From Schmidtea polychroa (lineage: Eukaryota), in assembly GCA_044892525.1 (NCBI GenBank), contig CM097885.1, forward strand, positions 49,602,001 to 49,666,000: a stretch of 64,000 nt of DNA. Reading direction: 5' to 3'. Below are positions 40,339-53,500 of this stretch, piece by piece. How positions within the stretch are numbered: the stretch's first letter is position 1; every line of letters starts with the position of its first letter. A program made the position numbers and the translations under genes. A model generated the notes under the pieces. The model searched no databases. It was not told where the DNA came from and worked only from the letters and a program-made list of their open reading frames with translations.

Positions 40339-40851
40339 ATGTTGACAAATATTAATTATAGAGGTCGTGTGTCTTTGGAAACTGTTGGTATGATGAATTT
40401 CCCCAAGTGTAAACCACAACAATATGTTGACAAAACTGGAAAATATATTATTATATTTTTCAAAAATGGTAAATGTCGTATAATGGGTTGTAAGAAGCCT
40501 ATCGAATTCGAGAATTTGCAATATAATATCAAAGATATTCAAGTTCAAAGTCTTACTATAGCTACCAAGGTTGAATAATCTATTAATTTGAATAATTTAG
40601 CAAAGTTATTAGATGGAGATTGTATATATGAGCCTGAATTATTTCCCGCTCTGCGTTATACAAAATATAATCCACTATGTGTAAATATATTTTCGAGTGG
40701 TAAAATAGTTGTACTAGGTATTAAAAATTTAAATTTTCATACTATTGTTGAAGGAATTATAAACGATGTAAAGGATTTGATTGGATCTTTAACAATTTCT
40801 TCAAATATAAGTAACGAGGATTTGCTTGAATATTTATTCAACAATGATTGA
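40339..40851 (+). pseudogene. TATA-binding protein (TBP)-like gene with one in-frame TAA at 40576-40578
   Basis: Two TBP repeats: LTNINYRG...IIIFFKNGKCRIMGCK and IQVQSL...SINLNNLA...YEPELFPALRY...VNIFSSGKIVVLGIK (compare TBP YEPELFPGLIY...LIFVSGKVVLTGAK). Confidence 0.88.
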
Positions 40852-41212
40852 ACATGAAGGTAACTGTTTTTATTTTAAATTTACTGATTTTTGTTTAGAA
40901 ACTATACTAAAAATTTTGATTGATAAAATTGAAGATTTTTATCCGAATTTGAACAATTCCTTAATGTATTGTGCTCCAGAAGTTGTGTTTTACAAAATTT
41001 ATGAAATAACTGGAATAAATGTAATAGATTTAATTCATATGGATCATGCTACGATTACATGTTATACCGATGATGTTGAAAATTGTGATTTTTGTAAAAA
41101 TAATATGCAGAATACTTGTGGGGATGATAGTTGTACATGTTTTGTAAATCTACAGAAACGAGAAATAATTCATGCATTACTTGTGGAATTGCGAAAAAAT
41201 GTATTGTTGTAA
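40844..41212 (+). CDS. Cys-rich hypothetical Polinton protein
   Basis: The ATG overlaps the end of the TBP-like gene; CDFC...CGDDSCTC cluster; followed by AATAAA. Confidence 0.6.
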   Translation: MIEHEGNCFYFKFTDFCLETILKILIDKIEDFYPNLNNSLMYCAPEVVFYKIYEITGINVIDLIHMDHATITCYTDDVENCDFCKNNMQNTCGDDSCTCFVNLQKREIIHALLVELRKNVLL

Positions 41213-41414
41213 TAAAATATAATTATATTTGTTTTGTGATAACCTTAATTAACCTATAATATTTCTTTGTGTACAATAAATCATTTCAGACTTTGTTATT
41301 TAGCATAAAATGAACTAGTTGATCACGTTTTGATCATGCCTTTCACTTGAAACTTGTTTACAATGAAATTAGTATAAAATATCTGGTTCAAATTATTAAA
41401 TATTATAACTACAA

Positions 41415-42006
41415 ATGGATAATCAAATTACAGGTTTGTTGTCGTTTACACATATTCCATTTATTAGTTTTTTAATCTAGGAGTTTTGAAGAGAAAAAAT
41501 GCAGATGCCGCTCAGGAATTCGGAAAAAGGAAATTTAAAGAAGCGACATTATCCACGGAAACCTTGGTCAATGTTCGAGTGGATACAAAAAAGCCAGTCG
41601 AATTCATGCAATACAAACTAAATTATTTGTATTGTCCAATTTCCTATACATTTAAGGTAAGTTTTTATAAATTATTTTGGATTTTATTATTATTATTTAT
41701 TGTTAGGAACCAGTAACTCTGGAAAAATGTTTCTACAATGTGAGACTTTCCAAAATCAAGTTTCACGACAAGATGCTATTGGGACAATTATTTCAGAGGA
41801 TCAATGAAAATATTGAATTTGATGATGAAGATATGTTCATTAGAAACGATTTGGATATGATTTCCAATGGTGGTAAGATGAGCAAAATAACCTGCATGGT
41901 TACCATATTAATTCAAGGGTATAATGTAAGCAGAGACCGAATCAAACCAATTCGGAAAATTATAAAAGCCGAAGATAAGTTTGAAGAGGAACATTGTTCA
42001 TGTTAA
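41415..42006 (+). CDS. Three-exon hypothetical Polinton protein with a bipartite NLS-like motif
   Basis: Exons 41415-41433, 41481-41656 and 41707-42006 (introns 47 and 50 nt, GT-AG) join ORFs 41486 and 41740 into one frame; AGTATAAAA at 41371. Confidence 0.75.
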
Positions 42007-42078
42007 ATTTATTTAATACATCTTTATTAGTGTTTTGGTGTTTTTAAATCATTGAAAATAACTAAAGTTTTAAATTTA

Positions 42079-42465
42079 TTAATCTTCAATACAATCTCTT
42101 TTCATTATATTTTCAACAATATGATCAATACAATTAGTAGAAACAATAGATTCATCTTCTTGTTTAGATTCATTTGGTAATTTATTTGTTGTAGAATTCT
42201 CAATACATGACTTAAGTTCTTCACTAGGCAAATCAGTATATTCATCTTCTTGCTGGGAAATATTTTCAGATTCATATGACATATCATCTTCATTAATTTC
42301 ATCGTCTGAATACGGCCATTTTAATTTCTCTGAAACATTCATAAATTCTCTAATTTTTACATTAGATATTTCTTCTAATTTTTCAATCAAAAAGTTGATT
42401 ATATATGCTAAATAAAAAAAAATTAATAAACATTATAAAATTCATATTTTACCTTTTTCCGACAT
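42079..42465 (-). CDS. Two-exon acidic hypothetical Polinton protein
   Basis: ATG at 42465 and a 45-nt GT-AG intron (42408-42452) give MSEKAYIINFLIEKLEEIS...; AGTATAAA about 40 nt upstream. Confidence 0.7.
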
Positions 42466-42727
42466 GGTTGAAAATAATTAAAATGAAAAAATAATTATGT
42501 TTATACTATTATTCAAAAGCAACAACATTTACCAAGATTTATTATAGTTTTTGATAAACTTTTATACAACACCTAAAACTTTCAATAGTTTCAATAAATT
42601 CATTAATTTTTCACATCGGGCATATCAATATGATTATCTTCAAGAATTGTTTCTGAGCGATTAACAAGGAAATTCATGTTATTAAATATTGGGATTAAAT
42701 ACGAGTTCATCAATTTTTAGACTACCA

Positions 42728-44020
<1,293 letters not shown>

Positions 44021-45289
44021 ATTATTAATCTTTACAATTTGTCGATAAGTTCCTTTATTATTTTCATTATTAATCAATTTATTTATAAATCAATATTTGA
44101 GGAAATAAATAAAAAACAGTGTTTAACATAAAAAAAACTGGAATCCTCTTTAAAATTAAATTTTTTATTAATTTTTTTTGTCTTGGGTTTTTCCAACATT
44201 GTTTGAGAGCATCTATTAAAATGTGTTTAAATTATTCGAAAAATAGAATGGTTTGGGAAATCCAGGGGGGCAAGTACAGGAAAGTACATACTCTAGCTAA
44301 TCATATTATTTTGATGATATTTATTTGACCCATTTGATTATAATATTTACTATATTTATATTTATTTCCTTTATTTATGCTAGTATTTATTATTTAGAGT
44401 TTATTTATAGTGTTTTATTACAAATTTTATTATGTAAAAATGTATTGCATTGTTTAAATAATATTTTGCTCTTCACTTGAATTGAAATTGAAAAGTTTCT
44501 GTTTACAAAAAAATTAATTTTATTGATATTTTCAGTTATAATAAATTATAATAATTCAATTATAATAAACCAATAATTATAATAAATTTATTTGAATTCC
44601 GTAAAATATGAATTAAAACAATTATATGAAATATACGGACAATTTAAAAATTAAAATAAATTTATATATAAATATTGTTTTGGTGATGCGTAGAATTTAA
44701 TTTGTCGACGATGCGACTTATCGGCAAATGAACCACTGATAACTGAGTAATGTTACTAGATATGTAAATTTATTTATATTGGAAGCCCGTTGTACAGTAG
44801 CCGTACAGACAAAATTAAAAATATGCCGCTTCTCAATGGACCCTTTTATTCTGTAATGTAAAAATATAGATAAAATATGTTTTTGTAGATTTATTTTATT
44901 TTCACAAAATGTGATTAATTGTAAACCATTTAGAAGTCTCAACAATCAACAACCGAATTGAGGCTGTCAGAAAAGAGAAAATTATTTGCCAAAAGTAAAA
45001 TCAATGGTAAACAAATTAGAATTTTGATTTTAGAAATATTTACCTTCAATCTTTTTAGAAAAGGATATTGAGCAAGATCCATGAAAAGCGAGAGAGAGAG
45101 AGAGAGCGCGTATCAGATTTATAATGACAACTCAGAAAAAGAAATTCATTTTGTGCCTGATAAATAATTGTAATCAAAGAATTTCTAACCCGTTTCAAAA
45201 TTTGTTTAGAAATAATTAAATAATAATTTAGTGGTTCAATGTAGAGGTCACCAAACTGAATCGAGAGACAACATTAAGGAAATGCTCGT

Positions 45290-45385
45290 TTAAATAATAG
45301 AACTAACAGAGAAAGCAGGCCTTAAATTTAGACCAAATAATTGTGGCTACTATCAGCTACATAAAAACGAGAACGAAATTCCACT

Positions 45386-45468
<83 letters not shown>

Positions 45469-45600
45469 GAAAGAATTCCAATAATAGATAAGAACAACAT
45501 ATATAGATATTTAGGAGTGGGATTTGGCGAAAAGGAAAAACACAGCATTGAAGACATAATGGATGGAGCCTTAGCTGAGAATATATAATACATCATTGAT
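45290..45600 (+). pseudogene. Non-LTR retrotransposon reverse transcriptase fragment interrupted by (CA)n(TA)n
   Basis: KAGLKFRPNNC and IPIIDKNNIYRYLGVGF resemble RT domains 6-7 of RLE-type (R2/NeSL-like) elements. Confidence 0.6.
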
Positions 45601-45707
45601 AAGAGGTCGATGCAGGCGATGCAAATCATCGGGGCCCGCGTTATAATCATATTTGACTTTAAAATTTCAATTTCAGATAAATTCAATAGAAAAATTAATC
45701 AGTGGTG

Positions 45708-46839
45708 AGTAGTATGATGTGGGTCATCCAGATCAGGGGCCCTCTGGATCACATACCCCTCCCCCCACCCCCACCCCGGAAAAAAAAATTTTTAGAACGA
45801 TGCCACATATTTTTAGAACTATTACGTAACCAATGCCTAATATTTTTAGAACTATTACGTAATTTTTTAAAATTAAGTGATCCAGAGGGCCCCTACTTTT
45901 TTTCATCCCAAACATTAATGTTCTCGTTAACAGATTTTATTGACCGATACCTCATCTTAAAGCTCAGTCCAAGACCTTTCGAATGAGCTATAGGTATCTT
46001 ATATATCTTTAATAGTTTTAATGTTATTAACAATTGATGACCACCATCTTTTCAACGTTAAATTATTATTATTTTCCAAAATATTATTAAGTGATCTGGC
46101 GGGCTCACACTTTTTTTCATCCCAAAAATTAATGTTCCCATTATCCGAATTTATTAACCGATACCTCATCTTAAAGCTCAGTCCAAGACCTTTCGAATGA
46201 GCCATAGAAGGTATCATCATCATTATTATTAACAAAGAGAATGAGTCACCCAATGACTCACCCAACGATGTCTAATATTTTTAGAATGATTACGTAATAA
46301 TTTTTAGAATGATGCCTAATATTTTGAGAACGATGTCTAATATTTTTAGAATGGTGCCTCTTATTTTTAGAACGATGCCTAATATTTCTAGAATGATGCC
46401 TAATATTTTTAGAATGATTACGTCATAATTTTAGAACGATGTCTAATATTTTTAGAACGATGCCTAATATTTTTAGAATGATGCCTAATATTTTTAGAAC
46501 TATTACGTAATCGATGTCTAATATTTTTAGAACGATGCCAAATATTTTTAGAATGGTGCCTCTTATTTTTAGAATGATTACGTCATATTTTTAGAACGAT
46601 GCCTCTTATTTTTAGAACTAATAATTTTGTTTTAATTATCGATTATATAATAATTTAATTTTGTTTAAATCGTTGATTATATAATTTGTTTAAATCATTG
46701 ATTATATAATTTTTTGTTTTAATTATCGAATACGTAATAATATAATTTGTTTAAATCGTTGATTACATATTATTATTTTTTAATTTTCAATATTTTCTTT
46801 TAAAATATTAACGCCCGTGTGGAAGATGTTATTTTCAAA

Positions 46840-46881
<42 letters not shown>

Positions 46882-47246
46882 TGCAATTATTCATAAAACT
46901 TAATTTCTACATCAATTTCATGATTTTCAACATTTTCATCATTTGCATTTTTTAATAATTATCAATATTTTCATAATTTTCTACATTTTCAATATTTTCA
47001 CGATTTTCAACATTTTCATGATTATTTCAGGAACTTTTACATCAAATATTGTTCAAAGTATTATTTTCAAAGAATTATTTTCAAAGTTTTAATCAATATT
47101 ATTATTATTATTAATATTATTATTATGATTATTATTATATATACTCCTAGTCTATCCGACAAGATATTCTGTCCCCCTAAGGGTAATGGTCACAAAGGTA
47201 CTGCTCACAATCAACATGTCGCAAATTATTTTCAAATACAATTTCA

Positions 47247-47333
<87 letters not shown>

Positions 47334-47449
47334 CAAAAAAATCTAAAATATGGTTTACACACACACACACACGACCCATTAACAATTATTTGTATCAATA
47401 TTAGTGAAAACCTAAAATATCTTCTACACACATATACAACCCATTAAAC

Positions 47450-47500
<51 letters not shown>

Positions 47501-50500
47501 GCAAATATTAGTCAAAAACATAAAAACACACACTCAACCAATTAACAATTATTATTATCAATATTATTATTATTGCAAATACTAGTCAAAAACTTAAAAT
47601 TTTTTTTTTACACACACACAACCCATTAACAATTATTATTATCAATATTAGTGAAAACCTAAAATATTTTCTACACACACACACACACAACCCATTAACC
47701 ATTATTATTATTGCAAATATTAGTCAAAAACATAAAAACACTCATAAACCATTATTATTATCAATATTAGTGAAAACCTCAAATATTTTTTACACACATA
47801 TACAACCCATTAAACTTTATTATTATCATTATTATTATTATAATTATTATTATTATTAGTGAAAAAACCTTAAATAATTTTTACACACTAAGTTATGGGG
47901 TAGAGTATTATTATATGTTTGCAGTATTCTGTGTTTGCCTTTACATGAAATTTTCAATAAGGAGCGATAATTTTACACATACATTCTATATACACATACC
48001 TTGTTTAACATGGGTGTATATACTCCTAGTCTATCCGACAAGATATTCTGTCCCCCTATGGGTAATGGTAGCAAGGGTACTGGTCACACTCAACATATCG
48101 CAAGGGTATATTAATTAGGGTTAGTAAATAAAACTTATCACACACACTATTTAAACGATAAAAATAAAGACAAGAGAGGACAAGGCAAAGTGTATGCATT
48201 TATTATTGCCAGGCCTAATGAGCAGTGACCAAATATCTGTGCCTGAAAGACACGGTGGATATTTGTTCGCGTCCACAAGGGTCGTCTGTGCCTCCCCCAA
48301 GTGGGGTCAAAAGAACCTGGGCATTATAGTTTTCCGTATGGAACATTACGCCTAGCATGGGTAGTCAACTACCAGCACATTCGAAACGTATAATTTCAAA
48401 ATACATGCGTCATTGGCACTATAACCAAATTAATTAATGTTTTCACTAACACAAATATATATTTACAGAGGCCTCCCACTAGTTGGATTACAACCGCCCA
48501 CCACGACGATCAGCTTGTAAATATATATTAATTAAGGGATAAAGAGGACCCACCCAACCCTATTATATTTAATTTACAAATTTTTCTCGCTCTTCTGTTG
48601 GTAATCTATCTCAAAATTATCATCTCCATCAGGCCATTTGATAGTGATTTCATGGAATACATCTTGCAAATTGGACGTATTTCTTAGTTTCTGATGCGGC
48701 GTCCACTATCATTGCTAAAATTTATATTGATTTAAAAGCAATTAACTTACATTATCTAACATTTTATCGTCACAAATTAAATTCTGTCTGACTATTAGGC
48801 AACTGTTATTTGTGGTATACTTTTTCAATGTCATTTCCCAACATAAAACACAGATACCTAAATATAATATATATATTTTAAAAGATTAATTCATGTCTTA
48901 CATTAATAATAATATTCTTCAGGTATGACGAGTACTTTACTTAATTGCTAAAACGTCGATTTTTCCCATTTTTTCTTGACATTTGTTGAAAGTTTACATA
49001 ATTTAAGTCTGATAATTCATGTTGAAGGACACCCCCAATCAGCTAATTCATTTAAGAAATCCGGAACTATAACTCCTTTAGTGTTTCACCATTTTGTCTG
49101 GTTCAACTTCTTCATAATCCAATAATTCATGTTTTAATAAGAAATCTCTAAATCCAGAACATAAGTCTTTTAGTGTTTCACCATTTTGTCTGGTTCATCT
49201 TCTTCATAATCATATAATTCATTTTCTTCATTACTAAGTAAAATAATTAAAATATTTTAGTAAATTCTTTATTTACTTACTTTATGGATACTAAAACGAA
49301 AGAAATAACGTTATATCAGAATTATATTTAAATAATTTAAATTTAGTTATTTAAACATATTTAAACACTTTAGTTATTTAAGCATATTTAAACATTAATA
49401 TTATTATATAGTATAATTTTATATAATTTTATATAATATTATAATTTTATGTATTGTAAATTTAATATATCCTTAATTTAATTTTTTAAATTCAAAAATT
49501 TATAATGAAGATTCTTTGAATTAAAAAATATTCTGTTAGTATTTCCAGGCAGAAAACAACGAATTCAATAATTAAAATCTTAATTTTGATGTTGTTAGGG
49601 TTGTGGCCAGAAGTTAATCGCCATCTAATCGTTTGTTCTCAATTTCGCTCATTTTTGTTCAAAACATTCAGGTGAGTTGTTATCTGGAAAGTTTCTTTGA
49701 GCTCAGTTTTGTTAAAACACTCACGGTATTCTTGAGGGACGTGACACTGGAAATAAATTAACAATGGGTGGTCATCCATACATGTTGTTGGTTTGAACTG
49801 TTGATTTATTTTAGAAATATGTATATTAAAAACATTTACGGTATCATTCAGTAAAATAATATAGTATTTTTTAGTTGATTTATAAATAACAGTATTTTGA
49901 TATATCAATGAAGACCATATACTCCGAGTTTATCCGGCAAGATATTCTGTCCTCCTAAGGGTAATGGTAGCAAGGGTACTGGTCACATTCAATATGTCGC
50001 AATATTAATCATTTAGAAATTCTTAGGTAAGATAATCAGAAATTTGTGAATATTTTAAATGTAACTTTACACTTATGTCGAGCGACTAATTTATTGGTTA
50101 ACTTTGTAGTCATTTAAAGCAAAAATTAATTTATTCATCTAATGTTCGTTACAATAGTTAATAATATGAGAAAAACATGGTCATTATTCATTGATAATTT
50201 TAAATTCTTTATCATTTGGAGTAAATTTGTTTGAGGCAAAAATATTTAAAGGAGTCATAATAGAAATATGGTTATCATTTAACCAAATAAGGTGCTTAGG
50301 GTTACAATTCTTTTCTAATTTAATTAGATGATCATTAGACGTAATATATCTTTGTGAGAAATATATGGTTAACATTTTTAAATAGGGAGTTTTGAGTAAC
50401 TTTTACCAAAACATGGATATTTTGTGCGATCAATTTATGGATATTGCTTAAATTTCTCTTTTTTAGTCATTTAAAATAATATTTAGCAAAGGTAATTTAT

Positions 50501-53500
50501 CAAAATATCACTTATCCATCCGATAACAATATTCCTTCAATAGATTAACTGATATTCAACCGATTTAATTTCTAGAAATCTAATTAAAATCATAAAATTC
50601 CTTCAATAAATATCAATTTTCTTTAGCTGTTGTCGATTTCCAACTTTTAAGTCAATATTTCTCAAGTTTTGTCAACGATATCCCCAAAATGAATAAAATA
50701 ACTTCTTAAATAAAAATAATTTAAAGCAATAGCCTTTGATATCAATCCCAATTAATTCTAAAGATTTCAAATATTTCATTGTCAAAACCAAGTAAATTGA
50801 TCATTAACCCTAAAAGACTTAATAAAACAGTGGATAATTAATAAAAAACTGGTTCTAAAACATAAATCTAAATTACTGTGCAATAACATTCATCACAACC
50901 TAATAAACCTCTAAAACGATATATTTTCACAGGAACTATTATTAATTCATAGCTAAATACTGACTATTTCCCTTTAAAATTTTACCAATAAGAACATTGT
51001 CGATTTAAATAGAGATTTCAAACATTTCCACCATAACCGATTCCTCACCAAATATTTCTACCATTTTAAACACCCCCTTAAAAATCATATATTACCATTT
51101 TAACTGAACCTTCACTAATTCCATCCGGCTATAATATATCAGCTCTTTAATATATCAATTCTCTTAAAATCCATAGAAAATTCTTCAAAATATGAATTGT
51201 ATTTAATTGTTACAGACATTCTTCCATTGAAATAATTTAGTAGCTAAATTCAAAGAGTCCACTAAAAGATCAAAATTCATTAAAATAAATATTTAACCAC
51301 ATGTATCATCAAATACCTAACTAGAGATGATAATATCTCATTGATTGATCATAATTCTTCATCGATTCAACTAATTATAGCCATTACAACATGATATATC
51401 TTTCAAACTAAATTTCAGTATATTTTACAATAATTTTCAAGCAGATTTCAAATATATCATCATCATGAAAAAATTAGCTGGTTTCAACTTTAGATTTTCA
51501 ATATTTTAAAGTTCATCAATGTGTAAATATTCTTAGAAAAATATATGAAAAATTATTTAGTCAAATTATCATTACAAAGTCATCATCAAAATTAATTTTT
51601 ATTTAAAATTTAAAAACAAGTCAATAAAACATAGCAAATTATCAAGAAATTAATTAAATTTATCTTAGAATTAACACTAAACCTTAAATATTCTTTCAAT
51701 TAACATAAAATTCACAAAAAATGTTAGTAAAATCCCGCTTACTCTAAAAAATTACCAATGAATTTATTGCCAAATAATAACCAAATATTTGCCTAAATAA
51801 AACACAACAGTACCTTTACGACCAGTACCCTTACGAGCAGTACCAATTGTGAACAGTACCCATAGAGGGAGAAAATATCTGGTCGGATAGATTATATATA
51901 ATAAAACGAATTAACAATAACTCCATCAAATATTTAGTGATAAATAGTAAATATAATAATTATTATTTCAATATTAAAGTAGTTAATCAAATTTAAAATA
52001 TGAATTTATCATAATTGCTCAGTCAAATAACATTTGTTATGTATGTTTGTCATTTGTGGATTAAATACTTTATAAAAATAAATTTTTATCCCATTATTAA
52101 AATATTTTAATTCGTTAGTAACTCATATATTAGAAATAATTTTATATATCTTCATCACTTATAGCCCCCGATTTTCCAATAATCCTCCCAACAAATATTT
52201 CTTTGAAAATTTTATTAAATCTTTTTTATTAAAGTGATCATTTTTATAAATTTTATGAATTTCATGAAATAATTTTAAATAAATGCAATTAATAAATTTC
52301 CATCTTATCTACGCCACTTCTCGCTATATTTACATTTACATACCATTAATGAATAATTTAAACACTTATTTTCACTTTTTTGAATTTCATTATTAATTAA
52401 TCATAGAATAATGATGATTCTTACCACCTGAGAATAATATTGTTAATTTTATCTCTGTGTTATCAAAATTATCTTTCGATATTATGCTGCTTACCATTTT
52501 AGAATAAGATTTGGTATTAAAATTTGTGATAATTTGACTGATTCAATTTGATGGAGTTATTGTTAATTCGTTTTATTATATATAATCTATCCGACCAGAT
52601 ATTTTCTCCCTCTATGGGTACTGTTCACAATTGGTACTGCTCGTAAGGGTACTGGTCGTAAAGGTACTGTTGTGTTTTATTTAGGCAAATATTTGGTTAT
52701 TATTTGGCAATAAATTCATTGGTAATTTTTTATAGTTAGCGGGATTTTACTAACATTTTTTGTGAATTTTATGTTAATTGAAAGAATATTTAAGGTTTAG
52801 TGTTAATTCTAAGATAAATTTAATTAATTTCTTGATAATTTGCTATGTTTTATTGACTTGTTTTTAAATTTTAAATAAAAATTAATTTTGATGATGACTT
52901 TGTAATGATAATTTGACTAAATAATTTTTCATATATTTTTCTAAGAATATTTACACATTGATGAACTTTAAAATGTTGAAAATCTAAAGTTGAAACCAGC
53001 TAATTTTTTCATGATAATGATATATTTGAAATCTGCTTGAAAATTATTGTAAAATATACTGAAATTTAGTTTGAAAGATATATCATGTTGTAATGGCTAT
53101 AATTAGTTGAATCGATGAAAAATTATGATCAATCAATGAGATATTATCATCTCTAGTTAGGTATTTGATGATACATGTGGTTAAATATTTATTTTAATGA
53201 ATTTTGATCTTTTAGTGGACTCTTTGAATTTAGCTACTAAATTATTTCAATGGAAGAATGTCTGTAACAATTAAATACAATTCATATTTTGAAGAATTTT
53301 CTATGGATTTTAAGAGAATTGATATATTAAAGGGCTGATATATTATAGCCGGATGGAATTAGTGAAGGTTCAGTTAAAATGGTAATATATGATTTTTAAG
53401 GGGGTGTTTAAAATGGTAGAAATATTTGGTGAGGAATCGGTTATGGTGGAAATGTTTGAAATCTCTATTTAAATCGACAATGTTCTTATTGGTAAAATTT

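Noticed and set aside
46264..46620. CRISPR-like array
   Set aside because: Tandem ~21-bp units without unique spacers, no cas genes, and a eukaryotic context.
48205..48395. Hammerhead or other ribozyme in the GC-richer island of the palindrome arm (CTAATGAG...CGAAACG)
   Set aside because: The core deviates from CUGAUGA and I could not find a closing stem I.
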